Assembly (NCBI GenBank): GCA_019408975.1
Contig: DXVA01000001.1
Coordinates: 1 to 33,417 of the forward strand
Source of the DNA: Lentisphaeria bacterium
GTDB taxonomy: Bacteria; Verrucomicrobiota; Lentisphaeria; Victivallales; UBA1829
Direction: 5' to 3'
DNA: 33,417 nt
The notes below the pieces were generated by a model, which did not search any database, had not been told where the DNA came from, and was given only the letters and a program-made list of their open reading frames with translations. Shown here in pieces: positions 1 through 8,618 of the stretch. The position numbers and the translations under genes are program-made. The first letter of the stretch is position 1; every line of letters starts with the position of its first letter.

Positions 1-2
1 GA

Positions 3-344
3 TACCCCACTGTTTACGGCACGGCAATTGATTTTTCGGATAAGAAATCTGTGGCGCTGCGGCTTGACGGCAGTGTTGAATTCGGGCATTTTCCTTCCGA
101 TACCTGTTTCGTCATTTCCTGCGACGAATATCCGCAGGACAATCAGATCGTAATCCTGAAAATGCGTTCCGGCGGGATTCTGGTCCGTCTCTTTTTCAAA
201 CAGGAAGAAAATATTCTTCTGAAACCTTTGCACGGGGAAGACGCGGTCTTGCAGTGGCGGCTTTCTGAAAATGCACAGAAGATTCTCTGGATTTTCCCCG
301 TTTCTTCCATTCTTTTCAGGGGCTTGAATCCGGCGGGCTTATGA
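3..344 (+). CDS. 3' end of a gene that begins upstream of the window; hypothetical protein with a LamG/concanavalin-like C-terminal segment (weak)
   Basis: Frame 3 is open from base 3 to TGA 342-344; the listed ORF 51..344 is only its internal-start part. The translation ..VYGTAIDFSDKKSVALRLDGSVEFGHF.. resembles a LamG-type beta-sandwich strand pattern. Hairpin 351-385 follows 7 nt later. No firm family call is possible by eye. Confidence 0.35.
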   Translation, partial: YPTVYGTAIDFSDKKSVALRLDGSVEFGHFPSDTCFVISCDEYPQDNQIVILKMRSGGILVRLFFKQEENILLKPLHGEDAVLQWRLSENAQKILWIFPVSSILFRGLNPAGL

Positions 345-350
345 AAATGA

Positions 351-385
351 AAAACGGCCCGCATGGAATTCACGCGGACCGTTTT
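351..385. terminator. Bidirectional rho-independent terminator between convergent genes
   Basis: AAAACGGCCCGC (351-362) pairs with GCGGACCGTTTT (374-385): 11 bp, one C/A mismatch, 11-nt loop. A T-run follows on the plus strand (TTTT..GTTT) and on the minus strand (TTTTTCATTTTCAT). It sits between the TGA at 342-344 and the aroC stop at 407-409. Confidence 0.5.
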
Positions 386-406
386 CCCGTTTCAGCTGAA
401 AACAGC

Positions 407-1588
407 TTAGATTTTGAGCCATTTTTCGTCAATGCCGGAAACTTTCCAGTAGGCTTCCGCCATATAGATCGCATCCAGGAGAGCACAGCGCGTCATGGCT
501 TCGATGACAGGGTAGATTCTCGGAAGGAGCGTCGGGTCGCGGCGCGTGATCGGAGAAAGAATGACGTCTTTCATCTCTTTGACATTGACCGTGTGCTGGG
601 GAACGGAAACGGTCGGGGTCGGCTTGACGGCACAGCGGAAACGGATGTCTTCCCATGTGGTGATGCCGCCGAGGATGCCGCCCGCATGATTGGTTTTGAA
701 ACGGACCTTGCCGGTTTCCGGATCGACGTAAGCCGCATCGTTGCTCTGGCTGCCGAGCATGTCGGCGACTTCAAAACCTGCGCCGAATTCGATTCCCTTG
801 ATCGCGCCGATGGAGCAGACCGCATGTGCGAGAAGCGCGCTCATCTTGTCGAACACCGGCTCTCCGAGGCCTGCGGGAACTCCGTGTGCGATACATTCAA
901 TGATGCCGCCCGCCGTATCACCGGCACCTTTGATCTTCATGACGTCCTCTTTCATTTTTTCCGCGAGAGCGAGATCGGGGCAGTTGATTTCATTCTTTCT
1001 GTAATTTGCTTTGACTTCCTCATAGGAGAGATCGCGATCGACTTTCAGCCCGTGGGAGGCGATGGTGTAGGCGACAACGTCGATTCCCATCTTTTCGAGA
1101 ATTGCCTTGGCAACGGCGCCGCCTGCAACACGGCTGGCGGTTTCGCGGCCGCTTGCGCGTCCCGCACCGACCCAGTCGGCATGTTCTCCGTATTTTTTGA
1201 AGAATCCGTATTCCGCGTGTCCGGGACGGATTTCATCTTTGTACCCGCGGTACTGGTCGATATGCTCATCCTGAATGTCGTTGTTGGGAATGATCATGCC
1301 GACGGGAGCGCCGGTGGTAAGATCATTTTCCATGACGCCGGAGAAAATGTAGACGCGATCTTTCTCTTTTCTGGGAGAATCAAGCGGGGTCTGACCGGGT
1401 TTGCGTTTGTCCAGTTCCGCCTGAATGAGTTCCGATGTGATCTTGATTCCCGCGGGAACGCCGTCAACGATGGTGATGAGCCCGCCGTAGAGTTCCTGAG
1501 GAATATTGGGGTTTTTCCTGAATCCGCCGGAGTAGGACTCTCCGCTGCAGGTGATTCTGAAGAGTCTGCCGAAAGTGTTGCCGAACAT
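407..1588 (-). CDS. aroC: Chorismate synthase
   Basis: The translation starts MFGNTFGRLFRITCSGESYS and contains ..RPGHAEY.. and ..RASGRETASRVAGGAVA.., all typical chorismate synthase motifs. Start 1588 is preferred over ORF start 1606 because AAGGAA lies 6 nt upstream and the family N-terminus is M-x-G-N-x-F-G. Confidence 0.9.
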   Translation of the reverse strand: MFGNTFGRLFRITCSGESYSGGFRKNPNIPQELYGGLITIVDGVPAGIKITSELIQAELDKRKPGQTPLDSPRKEKDRVYIFSGVMENDLTTGAPVGMIIPNNDIQDEHIDQYRGYKDEIRPGHAEYGFFKKYGEHADWVGAGRASGRETASRVAGGAVAKAILEKMGIDVVAYTIASHGLKVDRDLSYEEVKANYRKNEINCPDLALAEKMKEDVMKIKGAGDTAGGIIECIAHGVPAGLGEPVFDKMSALLAHAVCSIGAIKGIEFGAGFEVADMLGSQSNDAAYVDPETGKVRFKTNHAGGILGGITTWEDIRFRCAVKPTPTVSVPQHTVNVKEMKDVILSPITRRDPTLLPRIYPVIEAMTRCALLDAIYMAEAYWKVSGIDEKWLKI

Positions 1589-1803
1589 AAGAGGTTCCTT
1601 TCTCATTTAAAACGTTGATGGCGTAATATAGCATGATTTGCATCCATGACAAGATGGGAAGCCCGACAAAAACAGTAAGTTTTTATAGTTAAGAGGGCAG
1701 TTGTTTTCTTCAATTGTCTGCCCTGTCGGTTCATCTGCTTTAATACTTCGGGATTCAGGGAAATGACATTACGCTCTTTTCTGTATTTTTCACGGAAGCG
1801 GAG

Positions 1804-1831
1804 TTGCAAATATGGAAAATATTAGTATATT
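1804..1831 (+). promoter_or_regulatory. Candidate sigma70-type promoter for the hypothetical gene and r-protein operon
   Basis: TTGCAA (1804-1809), 16-nt spacer, TATATT (1826-1831), in the AT-rich divergent region between aroC and ORF 1865. Confidence 0.35.
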
Positions 1832-1864
1832 ATATAATTTCGCACGCTGTGCCGGAAGTTTGCA

Positions 1865-2755
1865 ATGGAATTGAAAAACGTTGAAAAGAAGGGCAGAACG
1901 AGCGTTTTTATGTATTATTTACAAAAAAAAAGCACTTTTTTTACGGTTCATCACTGGATTTTCCGGTATGTCCGTATTATATTATGTGCTCTGTTTGCAC
2001 AGTTGTATCTGACAGCAGCCGAGGCTGACCCTAAGAAACAATCGGATACAATGGTGCGGAAGGCTGACCGGAAAACGGTGGATGAGCTGAGAAAAGAGCT
2101 TGCCGCCGTTAAAAGCGAAGCTGAAAAAAAGCTTGCGGATCTGCAGATGGAATTGAAGCTTGCAAGGCAGGAAAATTCCGTGATACGCAAGGAGCTGCTT
2201 GAAACTCTTGATAAATTTTCGATGCAGGCTGAAAAGCTGAAGCGCTATGAAATGAGCGCGGCGGCTGTTGTCGAATCCATGAATCCGACTTATATCGGGA
2301 GCAGGGAGGAGGAGTCAGCCGAGTCACTGAGAACTGTTATGCAAAGCTCAGCTGCGTTAGCGTCGGCAACCGCGTCACTGTGTGATGAAGTTCTGGAATT
2401 GCTCAAGAATTCATCGCTTGACCCTGTTTTGTCCGCTAAGCTGAGATTACGAATCGACAGTCTCAAGAAAGAAGTCCGGAATATCGCCATCCTCAATGTC
2501 TCACCTATGCCACCTGACGGTTTTGCTTCCTGCAGGGTTTTGAATTTGGACGAGAAACTGAACGCGGTTGTTCTATCAGCGGGTTACAGGAACGGAGTCA
2601 GGGCGGGAATGCTGTTGCGGTCTTCGGACGGAAAAATCGTCATGCAGGTGGTTGCACTGAAGAACTTTACGAGTGCGGCTCTGGTGACGAAGGGCAGTAT
2701 CAGATCTGTCGGCATCGGAATGGAGGCATTTGCGACAAGCAATGTTGGCAAGTAA
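1865..2755 (+). CDS. Hypothetical membrane-anchored coiled-coil protein; architecture resembles MreC (weak)
   Basis: GGAAG lies 7 nt upstream of the ATG. It has an N-terminal hydrophobic anchor (WIFRYVRIILCALFAQLYLTAA) and a long heptad-like region (ELRKELAAVKSEAEKKLADLQMELKLARQEN..). The C-terminal segment VLNLDEKLNAVVLSAGYRNGVRAGMLLRSSDGKIVMQVVAL resembles an MreC beta-barrel motif. An alternative start is at 1910. Confidence 0.5.
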   Translation: MELKNVEKKGRTSVFMYYLQKKSTFFTVHHWIFRYVRIILCALFAQLYLTAAEADPKKQSDTMVRKADRKTVDELRKELAAVKSEAEKKLADLQMELKLARQENSVIRKELLETLDKFSMQAEKLKRYEMSAAAVVESMNPTYIGSREEESAESLRTVMQSSAALASATASLCDEVLELLKNSSLDPVLSAKLRLRIDSLKKEVRNIAILNVSPMPPDGFASCRVLNLDEKLNAVVLSAGYRNGVRAGMLLRSSDGKIVMQVVALKNFTSAALVTKGSIRSVGIGMEAFATSNVGK

Positions 2756-2804
2756 ACAAAATCGACATGAAACATAAAACAACATAACAAGCGAGAAAAG
2801 CATT

Positions 2805-3143
2805 ATGGAAGTTCGGGCGATTACAAGATATGTCCGGATATCGCCGTCCAAAGCGGCCGAAATTTCCCGTCTGATCCAGGGGAAAACGGTCACGGAGGCG
2901 CTGGCGATTGTGGAGATTAGTCCGAGAAAGGCCGCAAGGCTGTTTGCCAAGACACTGAAAAGTGCGATTGCAAACGCGGAAAACAGTGACAAGAATCCGA
3001 TGAAAAAGGAAACGCTGAAAGTCAAGAAGGCTGCGGCGGATCCGGGGCCGATGTTGAGGAGATATCGTCCGAAAGCTCGCGGTATGGCGGGAAGAATCAG
3101 AAAACGCATGAGCCACTTTACAGTAGTGCTCACAGACGAATAA
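2805..3143 (+). CDS. rplV: 50S ribosomal protein L22
   Basis: [37 protein letters not shown].. is a canonical L22 N-terminus. Its position before rpsC supports the call. Confidence 0.95.
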   Translation: MEVRAITRYVRISPSKAAEISRLIQGKTVTEALAIVEISPRKAARLFAKTLKSAIANAENSDKNPMKKETLKVKKAAADPGPMLRRYRPKARGMAGRIRKRMSHFTVVLTDE

Positions 3144-3159
3144 TAGAAAGGGGCAAGTT

Positions 3160-3849
3160 GTGGGTCAGAAGGTAAATCCTATCGGGCTAAGGTTAGCCCT
3201 GAACAAGAACTGGAGTTCACGCTGGTTCGCCGCCAAGGCGAATTACGGTGATTGGCTCCACGAAGATTTGAAGATTCGTAAATTCATTAAAAAGAACTTC
3301 AATCATGCCGGCATCTCCAAGATCATGATCGAGCGTTACAGCAACAATGTGCGCGTTACGATCCTTGCTGCACGTCCGGGTCTCTTGATCGGACGCAAAG
3401 GTGCGGAGCTCGAAACCTTGAGAGAATCCGTAGCGAAACTGCTGAAAGGTCGCGAAGTGATCCTTGATGTAGTGGAAGTGAAACAGCCGGAAACGAATGC
3501 ACAGCTGGTTGCCGAGAATATCGCCTCCCAGCTTGAGAGACGAATCGGTTTCCGCCGCGCGATGAAGAAAGCCATCCAGACAGCGATGGAACTCGGTGCG
3601 GAAGGCATCAAGATTCAGTGTTCCGGACGTCTCGGCGCCGCCGAGCTCGCGCGCACGGAGCAGTATAAAGAGGGCAGAACCCCTCTGCACACGCTGAAAG
3701 CCAATATCGACTACGGATTCACGGAAGCGAATACGACCGCCGGAAAAATTGGTGTAAAAGTTTGGATTTGTCATAAAGAAGCCATGGAGGATATGCAAAA
3801 TGCCGTTAATGCCAAAAAGAGTAAAGCACAGAAAGGTGCAGCGCGGTAA
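3160..3849 (+). CDS. rpsC: 30S ribosomal protein S3
   Basis: GTG start. [24 protein letters not shown].. plus KH-domain motifs ([12 protein letters not shown]) identify S3. The C-terminal Lys/Ala tail overlaps the rplP start. Confidence 0.95.
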   Translation: MGQKVNPIGLRLALNKNWSSRWFAAKANYGDWLHEDLKIRKFIKKNFNHAGISKIMIERYSNNVRVTILAARPGLLIGRKGAELETLRESVAKLLKGREVILDVVEVKQPETNAQLVAENIASQLERRIGFRRAMKKAIQTAMELGAEGIKIQCSGRLGAAELARTEQYKEGRTPLHTLKANIDYGFTEANTTAGKIGVKVWICHKEAMEDMQNAVNAKKSKAQKGAAR

Positions 3850-4222
3850 CAATGCCGGGCTGTCACAGAGGTGCAATCAGTTAGACTTCGGCGATTTCGG
3901 ACTGCAGACCATGGAACGGTCTCAGCTGACCGCCAACCAGATTGAAGCTGCGCGTGTTGCGATTACCCGCCACATGAAGCGCCGCGGCAAAGTCTGGATC
4001 AGAGTGTTCCCTTACAAGCCCTACACCAAGAAACCCCTGGAAGTCCGTATGGGTAAAGGAAAAGGCGCCGTTGAATACTGGGTGGCTCCGATCAAGCCGG
4101 GCAGAATGCTCTTCGAGATCAGCGGCTGTTCCGAAGCGGTTGCCAAGGAAGCGATGAGCCTTGCAGCTGCCAAACTGCCGATCAAGTGCAAATTCATTAT
4201 CCGTCACGGCATCGTGGCGTAA
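3800..4222 (+). CDS. rplP: 50S ribosomal protein L16
   Basis: [16 protein letters not shown].. and ..[25 protein letters not shown] are L16 motifs. GGAGG at 3786-3790 lies 9 nt upstream of ATG 3800. An alternative start is ATG 3809. Confidence 0.93.
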   Translation: MPLMPKRVKHRKVQRGNNAGLSQRCNQLDFGDFGLQTMERSQLTANQIEAARVAITRHMKRRGKVWIRVFPYKPYTKKPLEVRMGKGKGAVEYWVAPIKPGRMLFEISGCSEAVAKEAMSLAAAKLPIKCKFIIRHGIVA

Positions 4223-4241
4223 TGAAGTAAGGGTGATGCTC

Positions 4242-4445
4242 ATGAAAATGAAATTGTTCAAAGATATGACGGATGCGGAACTCGACAGCAAGATTGCTGA
4301 GCTGAGAAAAGAGAAATTCAATACTCGCGCTCAGGCAAAATCCGGACAGAACGAGAATCCCGCAAAGATGAAAGGGCTCCGCAAGGATCTTGCAAGAGCT
4401 CTTACGGAAAAGAAAATCAGAAGCGCCGCTCCGGCGAACGCCTGA
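4242..4445 (+). CDS. rpmC: 50S ribosomal protein L29
   Basis: MKMKLFKDMTDAELDSKIAELRKEKFNTRAQ matches the L29 pattern. The listed ORF 4161.. overlaps rplP and is too long. Candidate ATGs are at 4236, 4242 and 4248; 4242 was chosen for its spacing from AAGGGTG. Confidence 0.85.
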   Translation: MKMKLFKDMTDAELDSKIAELRKEKFNTRAQAKSGQNENPAKMKGLRKDLARALTEKKIRSAAPANA

Positions 4446-4490
4446 TTCAACCTCAACTAATAGAAATATTAAGAAAACGGATACTGAGCC

Positions 4491-4772
4491 ATGAACGAGA
4501 TCAGCAGCACTACAAAAAGCGTGCGCGGAAATCGCAAGAGCAGAGTTGGACAGGTGGTAAGCGATGTTCAAAGCAAGACCATTGTCGTTGAAGTAGAGAG
4601 TCGCTCTCCGCACAAAAGATATAAAAAAGTTGTAAAATCACGCAAACGTTATGCCGCGCATGACGAAACAAATCAGGCTAAGGTCGGCGACATGGTCAGA
4701 ATCGGAGAAACCAGGCCCCTCAGCAAGAACAAACGTTGGCGCTTGATTGAAATTATCAGCCACGCCGAATAA
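4491..4772 (+). CDS. rpsQ: 30S ribosomal protein S17
   Basis: ..[66 protein letters not shown] is canonical S17. Confidence 0.95.
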   Translation: MNEISSTTKSVRGNRKSRVGQVVSDVQSKTIVVEVESRSPHKRYKKVVKSRKRYAAHDETNQAKVGDMVRIGETRPLSKNKRWRLIEIISHAE

Positions 4773-4798
4773 GGCCGCTTTCCGAAGGAGATTGAAAC

Positions 4799-5164
4799 AT
4801 GATACAAATGCAGACCAATTTGGAAGTAGCCGACAACTCCGGTGCGAAACGGATCACTGCCATTACCATTCTCGGGCAGAAGAGACGTTACGCCAGGATC
4901 GGCGATATCGTTACTGCCGCTGTGAAGGAAGCAATTCCCGGCGGAGCAGTAAAAAAAGGTGAAGTCGTGAAGGCTGTGATCGTCAGAACCGCTGCGAAAA
5001 TCAGCCGTCCTGATGGTTCCTACCTCAGATTCGATAAGAATTCCGCGGTGATCATCGATAATGAAAAGAACCCGAAAGGAACTCGTATCTTCGGCCCGGT
5101 GGCACGCGAGCTCCGTGAGAAGAACTTCATGAAAATTATATCACTCGCTCCGGAGGTGCTCTGA
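4799..5164 (+). CDS. rplN: 50S ribosomal protein L14
   Basis: [18 protein letters not shown].. and ..[25 protein letters not shown] are canonical L14. Confidence 0.97.
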   Translation: MIQMQTNLEVADNSGAKRITAITILGQKRRYARIGDIVTAAVKEAIPGGAVKKGEVVKAVIVRTAAKISRPDGSYLRFDKNSAVIIDNEKNPKGTRIFGPVARELREKNFMKIISLAPEVL

Positions 5165-5436
5165 TGTTTTCTGAAAAATGCGCCAAAAAGTATCACGTGA
5201 AAAAGGGTGATGCCGTTGAGGTGATCAGCGGTGAATGGAAGAAGGAAACCGGCAAAATCGTTGCCGTTCTTAAGAAGAAGGACCGTGTAGTCCTCGAGAT
5301 GCAGGACATTCCTCAGGAGAAGCTTGCTGCCAGACTTGGCAAAAAGACGATCAAGAAGAGTGCTGCAAACCCGAAGGGCGGACTCGTAGACCGCGCGGTC
5401 TCCGTCCATGTGTCAAACGTCAGAAAAAAAGACTGA
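5164..5436 (+). CDS. rplX: 50S ribosomal protein L24
   Basis: KOW motif [24 protein letters not shown]. The TGATG junction shares 1 nt with rplN. The position in the spc order supports the call. Confidence 0.9.
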   Translation: MFSEKCAKKYHVKKGDAVEVISGEWKKETGKIVAVLKKKDRVVLEMQDIPQEKLAARLGKKTIKKSAANPKGGLVDRAVSVHVSNVRKKD

Positions 5437-5468
5437 CACGAACATACTGAGATCGGAGTAATCGAAAA

Positions 5469-6005
5469 ATGTCTGACATGAAAAAGAAGTACAACGAAGA
5501 AGTTGTACCGGCCCTCACGAAATCGCAGGGCTACAAAAACGTAATGCAAGTGCCGAAACTGAAGAAGATAGTCATCAGCATGGGCATTGGCACCAAAATG
5601 GAAAAAGATGCTTTCACGGAAGCCAGGAACATTCTTACGGCAATTGCCGGACAGCTTCCCGTTGTTACGAAAGCCAGAAAAAACGTAGCGAACTTCAAAC
5701 TCAGAGCCGGTATGCCCGTCGGCCTCATGGTCACGCTCAGAGGCAATATCATGTATGAGTTCCTCGACCGCCTTGTCCACAACGCGCTTCCCCGCGTCAG
5801 AGACTTCCGCGGCATTCCGAAAAAGGGATTCGACCACGTCGGCAACTACAATCTGGGTATGCCCGATGTGTCCGTCTTTACTGAAGTGGATCTTGACAAG
5901 CTCAAATATCCGCTCGGACTCAATATCACAATGGTTACCAGCGCGAAGACTGATGCAGAGGCCAAAGAGCTCCTTTCTCTGCTGGAAGTCCCGTTCGCTC
6001 GTTAA
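5469..6005 (+). CDS. rplE: 50S ribosomal protein L5
   Basis: ..YKNVMQVPKLKKIVISMGIG.. and ..GNYNLGMPDVSVFTEVD.. are canonical L5. Confidence 0.95.
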   Translation: MSDMKKKYNEEVVPALTKSQGYKNVMQVPKLKKIVISMGIGTKMEKDAFTEARNILTAIAGQLPVVTKARKNVANFKLRAGMPVGLMVTLRGNIMYEFLDRLVHNALPRVRDFRGIPKKGFDHVGNYNLGMPDVSVFTEVDLDKLKYPLGLNITMVTSAKTDAEAKELLSLLEVPFAR

Positions 6006-6020
6006 TAGGAGATTCATAAT

Positions 6021-6206
6021 ATGGCTAAGAAAAGTCTTATTGCCAAGCAGAAACGCCCTGCGAAGTTCTCTTCCAGAGCTTATAATCGCTGCCAGGCATG
6101 CGGTAGGCCGAGAGCTTATATACGTAAATTCAAACTTTGCAGAATCTGCTTCAGAGAAATGGCCCTCAGCGGTCAGATCCCCGGAGTGGTGAAGGCAAGC
6201 TGGTAA
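6021..6206 (+). CDS. rpsN: 30S ribosomal protein S14, short zinc-binding (type Z) form
   Basis: 61 aa with [20 protein letters not shown] (CxxC...CxxC) and the ending ..GVVKASW. Confidence 0.95.
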   Translation: MAKKSLIAKQKRPAKFSSRAYNRCQACGRPRAYIRKFKLCRICFREMALSGQIPGVVKASW

Positions 6207-6226
6207 CAGAAGGAAGGTTGCACAAA

Positions 6227-6619
6227 ATGAGCATGCAGGATCCTATATCTGATATGTTGACGCGCCTTCGCAACGGCTCCATGGCTATGCAGAAGGAAGT
6301 TGCCATCCCCTCTTCCAAACTCAAGGTTGCCATTGCAAAGGTCCTTGAAGAAGAAGGGTACATCAAAGGTTTCCGTGTCGACGGAGATGTCAAGAAGACT
6401 CTGTTCGTCGAAATGAAATATTTCCAGCGCCGCTCCGTCGTCGAGGGCCTTGAAAGAGTTTCCAAGCCTTCTTGCAGACTTTACTGCGGAAGCAAGGACA
6501 TTCCGAAAGTGAAAGACGGACTTGGCATCGCCATTCTCTCCACTCCGAAGGGGATTCTCAGCGGCAGAAATGCCGAAAAACAAAACGTCGGCGGAGAAAT
6601 TCTCTGCTACGTTTGGTAA
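6227..6619 (+). CDS. rpsH: 30S ribosomal protein S8
   Basis: MSMQDPISDMLTRLRNGSMA.. is a canonical S8 N-terminus. GAAGGAAGG lies upstream. The listed ORF start 6137 would overlap rpsN. Confidence 0.95.
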   Translation: MSMQDPISDMLTRLRNGSMAMQKEVAIPSSKLKVAIAKVLEEEGYIKGFRVDGDVKKTLFVEMKYFQRRSVVEGLERVSKPSCRLYCGSKDIPKVKDGLGIAILSTPKGILSGRNAEKQNVGGEILCYVW

Positions 6620-6637
6620 TAACGCGAGGTCATAGAA

Positions 6638-7174
6638 ATGTCACGTATCGGCGTAAAACCCATTACAATCCCGGCGGGTGTGAAAGTTACGGTCAATGGT
6701 CAGGATGTTGCCGTCGAAGGCAAACTTGGCAAACTTGCTTATACTCTCCCCGCGAATATCGCAGCAGTCGTGGAAGGCTCGGAAGTCAAGGTGTCCCGTA
6801 AAGAGGATACCGATGAGCTGAAAGCCATGCACGGCCTGGCACGCAGCCTTGTCAAAAACATGGTGGTCGGTGTCAGCGAAGGCTATAAGAAAGAGCTCCA
6901 GATCGTCGGCGTCGGTTACAAAGCCACACTGGCTGGGACGAAGCTCACTCTGAACCTCGGTTATTCCCACGCAATCGTTTATGATGTCCCGGCAGGACTC
7001 AAGCTCACCGTCACGGACGGAGTGAAGATCCTGATCGAGGGTGCTGACAAGCAGCTCGTCGGTGAGGCCGCCGCCCGCATCAGAAAATTCAAGAAGCCGG
7101 AGCCCTACAAAGGCAAAGGCGTCAGATACTCTGATGAACATGTTGTCATCAAGCCTGGCAAAACCAATGCGTAA
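6638..7174 (+). CDS. rplF: 50S ribosomal protein L6
   Basis: MSRIGVKPITIPAGVKVTVNGQDVAVEG.. and ..PEPYKGKGVRY are canonical L6. Confidence 0.95.
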   Translation: MSRIGVKPITIPAGVKVTVNGQDVAVEGKLGKLAYTLPANIAAVVEGSEVKVSRKEDTDELKAMHGLARSLVKNMVVGVSEGYKKELQIVGVGYKATLAGTKLTLNLGYSHAIVYDVPAGLKLTVTDGVKILIEGADKQLVGEAAARIRKFKKPEPYKGKGVRYSDEHVVIKPGKTNA

Positions 7175-7196
7175 TAGCTGAAAGAGATAGTGTATT

Positions 7197-7556
7197 ATGT
7201 ATAAGACATCAAAAGAAAAAAGAGTCAGACGCCACCTGAGACTTCGCAATAAGATACAGGGCACGGCGGCAAGACCGCGTCTCTCGGTTAGTATTACTGC
7301 GAATAATATGTATGTTCAGTTCATTGACGACGATGCGGGCGTCACCCTTGCATCCATGTCAACGCTTTCCGAGGCTTTCAAAGTTCTCAATCTGAAGAGA
7401 AACGTCGAAGCCGCCAGGGCACTGGGCAAACTCGCTGCTGAAAAAGCCAAGGAAGCCGGAATCACGACAGTTGTTTTCGACCGCGGCGGATTTCAGTATC
7501 ACGGCAAAGTCAAAGCGCTGGCCGAGGCTGCGCGCGAAGTCGGATTAATCTTCTGA
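7197..7556 (+). CDS. rplR: 50S ribosomal protein L18
   Basis: ..RRHLRLRNKIQGTAARPRLSV.. and ..VVFDRGGFQYHGKVKALAEAAREVGL are canonical L18. Confidence 0.95.
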   Translation: MYKTSKEKRVRRHLRLRNKIQGTAARPRLSVSITANNMYVQFIDDDAGVTLASMSTLSEAFKVLNLKRNVEAARALGKLAAEKAKEAGITTVVFDRGGFQYHGKVKALAEAAREVGLIF

Positions 7557-7566
7557 GGAGCAACAA

Positions 7567-8109
7567 ATGGCTATTGAAAAAGAAATCAAAGGAAAAGAGA
7601 CTGCTCCCGCCGAGGAACAGGCTCTCGTTACCTACCAGACCGCTGAAAACAGCGAGTATGGTGAAATTGTTCTGAGCATCAACCGCTGCTCCAAAGTCGT
7701 CAAGGGCGGCCGTAACTTCAGTTTCGGCGCTCTGGTCGTCGTCGGCGATAAGAACGGCAAGGTCGGCTACGGATACGGCAAGGCAAACGAAGTTTCCGAT
7801 GCTATCAGAAAAGGCGGCGAGGCCGCCAAGAAGAATATGATCTCCGTTCCCCGCAGAGGACTGACGGTTCCCCACTCTGTGACCGCGAAATACAGCGGTT
7901 CCAGCGTTCTGATCCGTCCGGCTTCCGAAGGAACAGGCATGATCGCCGGCGGCACCATGCGTGCCGTTCTCAGCCTTGCGGGCGTCGTTGACGTTCTGAC
8001 AAAATCCCTGGGTTCCAGCAATCCGTCCAACGTTGTGAAAGCGACGTTCAAGGCGATCAAGATGATGCAGTCCAAGGAACAGGTTCTTGAGAAACTTGGT
8101 AAAATCTAA
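7567..8109 (+). CDS. rpsE: 30S ribosomal protein S5
   Basis: ..INRCSKVVKGGRNFSFGALVVVGDKNGKVGYGYGKANEV.. is canonical S5. Confidence 0.95.
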   Translation: MAIEKEIKGKETAPAEEQALVTYQTAENSEYGEIVLSINRCSKVVKGGRNFSFGALVVVGDKNGKVGYGYGKANEVSDAIRKGGEAAKKNMISVPRRGLTVPHSVTAKYSGSSVLIRPASEGTGMIAGGTMRAVLSLAGVVDVLTKSLGSSNPSNVVKATFKAIKMMQSKEQVLEKLGKI

Positions 8110-8131
8110 TATCTAAATCGGGAATATTACA

Positions 8132-8581
8132 ATGAGACTTCATGAATTAGCACCGACACCCGGTTCCAAGAAGCGCAGAATGCGCGTCGGAAGAGGCGAC
8201 GGTTCAGGTTGGGGCGGAACAGCCGGACGCGGCCATAAAGGCCAGCGTTCCCGTTCCGGAGCTTCCATCAGACATCACTTTGAAGGCGGTCAGACTCCGA
8301 CATTCAGACGTCTGCCGAAAGTCGGATTCAAGAGCGGCGTCAAGACAATTTTCAACGTTGTCAACCTTGCCGCGATTGAAAAGGCTTTTGAAGCAGGTGC
8401 CGAAGTGGACGAGACTTCTCTCAGAATGAAAGGCGTCCTCGGCAAAGCCAAGGCTCCCCTGAAGATTCTGGCGGAAGGCGAGATCACAAAAGCAGTCAAA
8501 GTCAAAGCGAACTACTTCTCTGCCGCTGCCAAAGAGAAAATCGAAAAGGCCGGCGGTTCCTGCGAAGTCGTAGCTCTTTAA
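8132..8581 (+). CDS. rplO: 50S ribosomal protein L15
   Basis: MRLHELAPTPGSKKRRMRVGRGDGSGWGGTAGRGHKGQRSRSG is canonical L15. It follows rpsE after only 22 nt, so no rpmD lies between them. Confidence 0.95.
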   Translation: MRLHELAPTPGSKKRRMRVGRGDGSGWGGTAGRGHKGQRSRSGASIRHHFEGGQTPTFRRLPKVGFKSGVKTIFNVVNLAAIEKAFEAGAEVDETSLRMKGVLGKAKAPLKILAEGEITKAVKVKANYFSAAAKEKIEKAGGSCEVVAL

Positions 8582-8618
8582 ACTTGTCAATGGCGCGAGG
8601 CGCCGGGAAAGAGGATAA

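Noticed and set aside
390-401. 12-bp perfect palindrome TTTCAGCTGAAA just downstream of the aroC stop
   Set aside because: It is too short and has no loop to act as a terminator. It is a single occurrence, so I cannot distinguish a protein site from chance.
341-1618. 425-aa plus-strand ORF covering the aroC locus
   Set aside because: It is an antisense shadow of chorismate synthase, which is unambiguous on the minus strand. Its translation is Arg/Gly/Asp-rich with no recognisable motif or SD.
1694-1724. Hairpin AGGGCAG-N17-CTGCCCT in the aroC/ORF1865 divergent region; also checked for a tRNA or sRNA
   Set aside because: No T-run follows on either strand, I could build no tRNA cloverleaf or T-loop consensus, and the loop is large. 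It remains an unexplained weak structure only.
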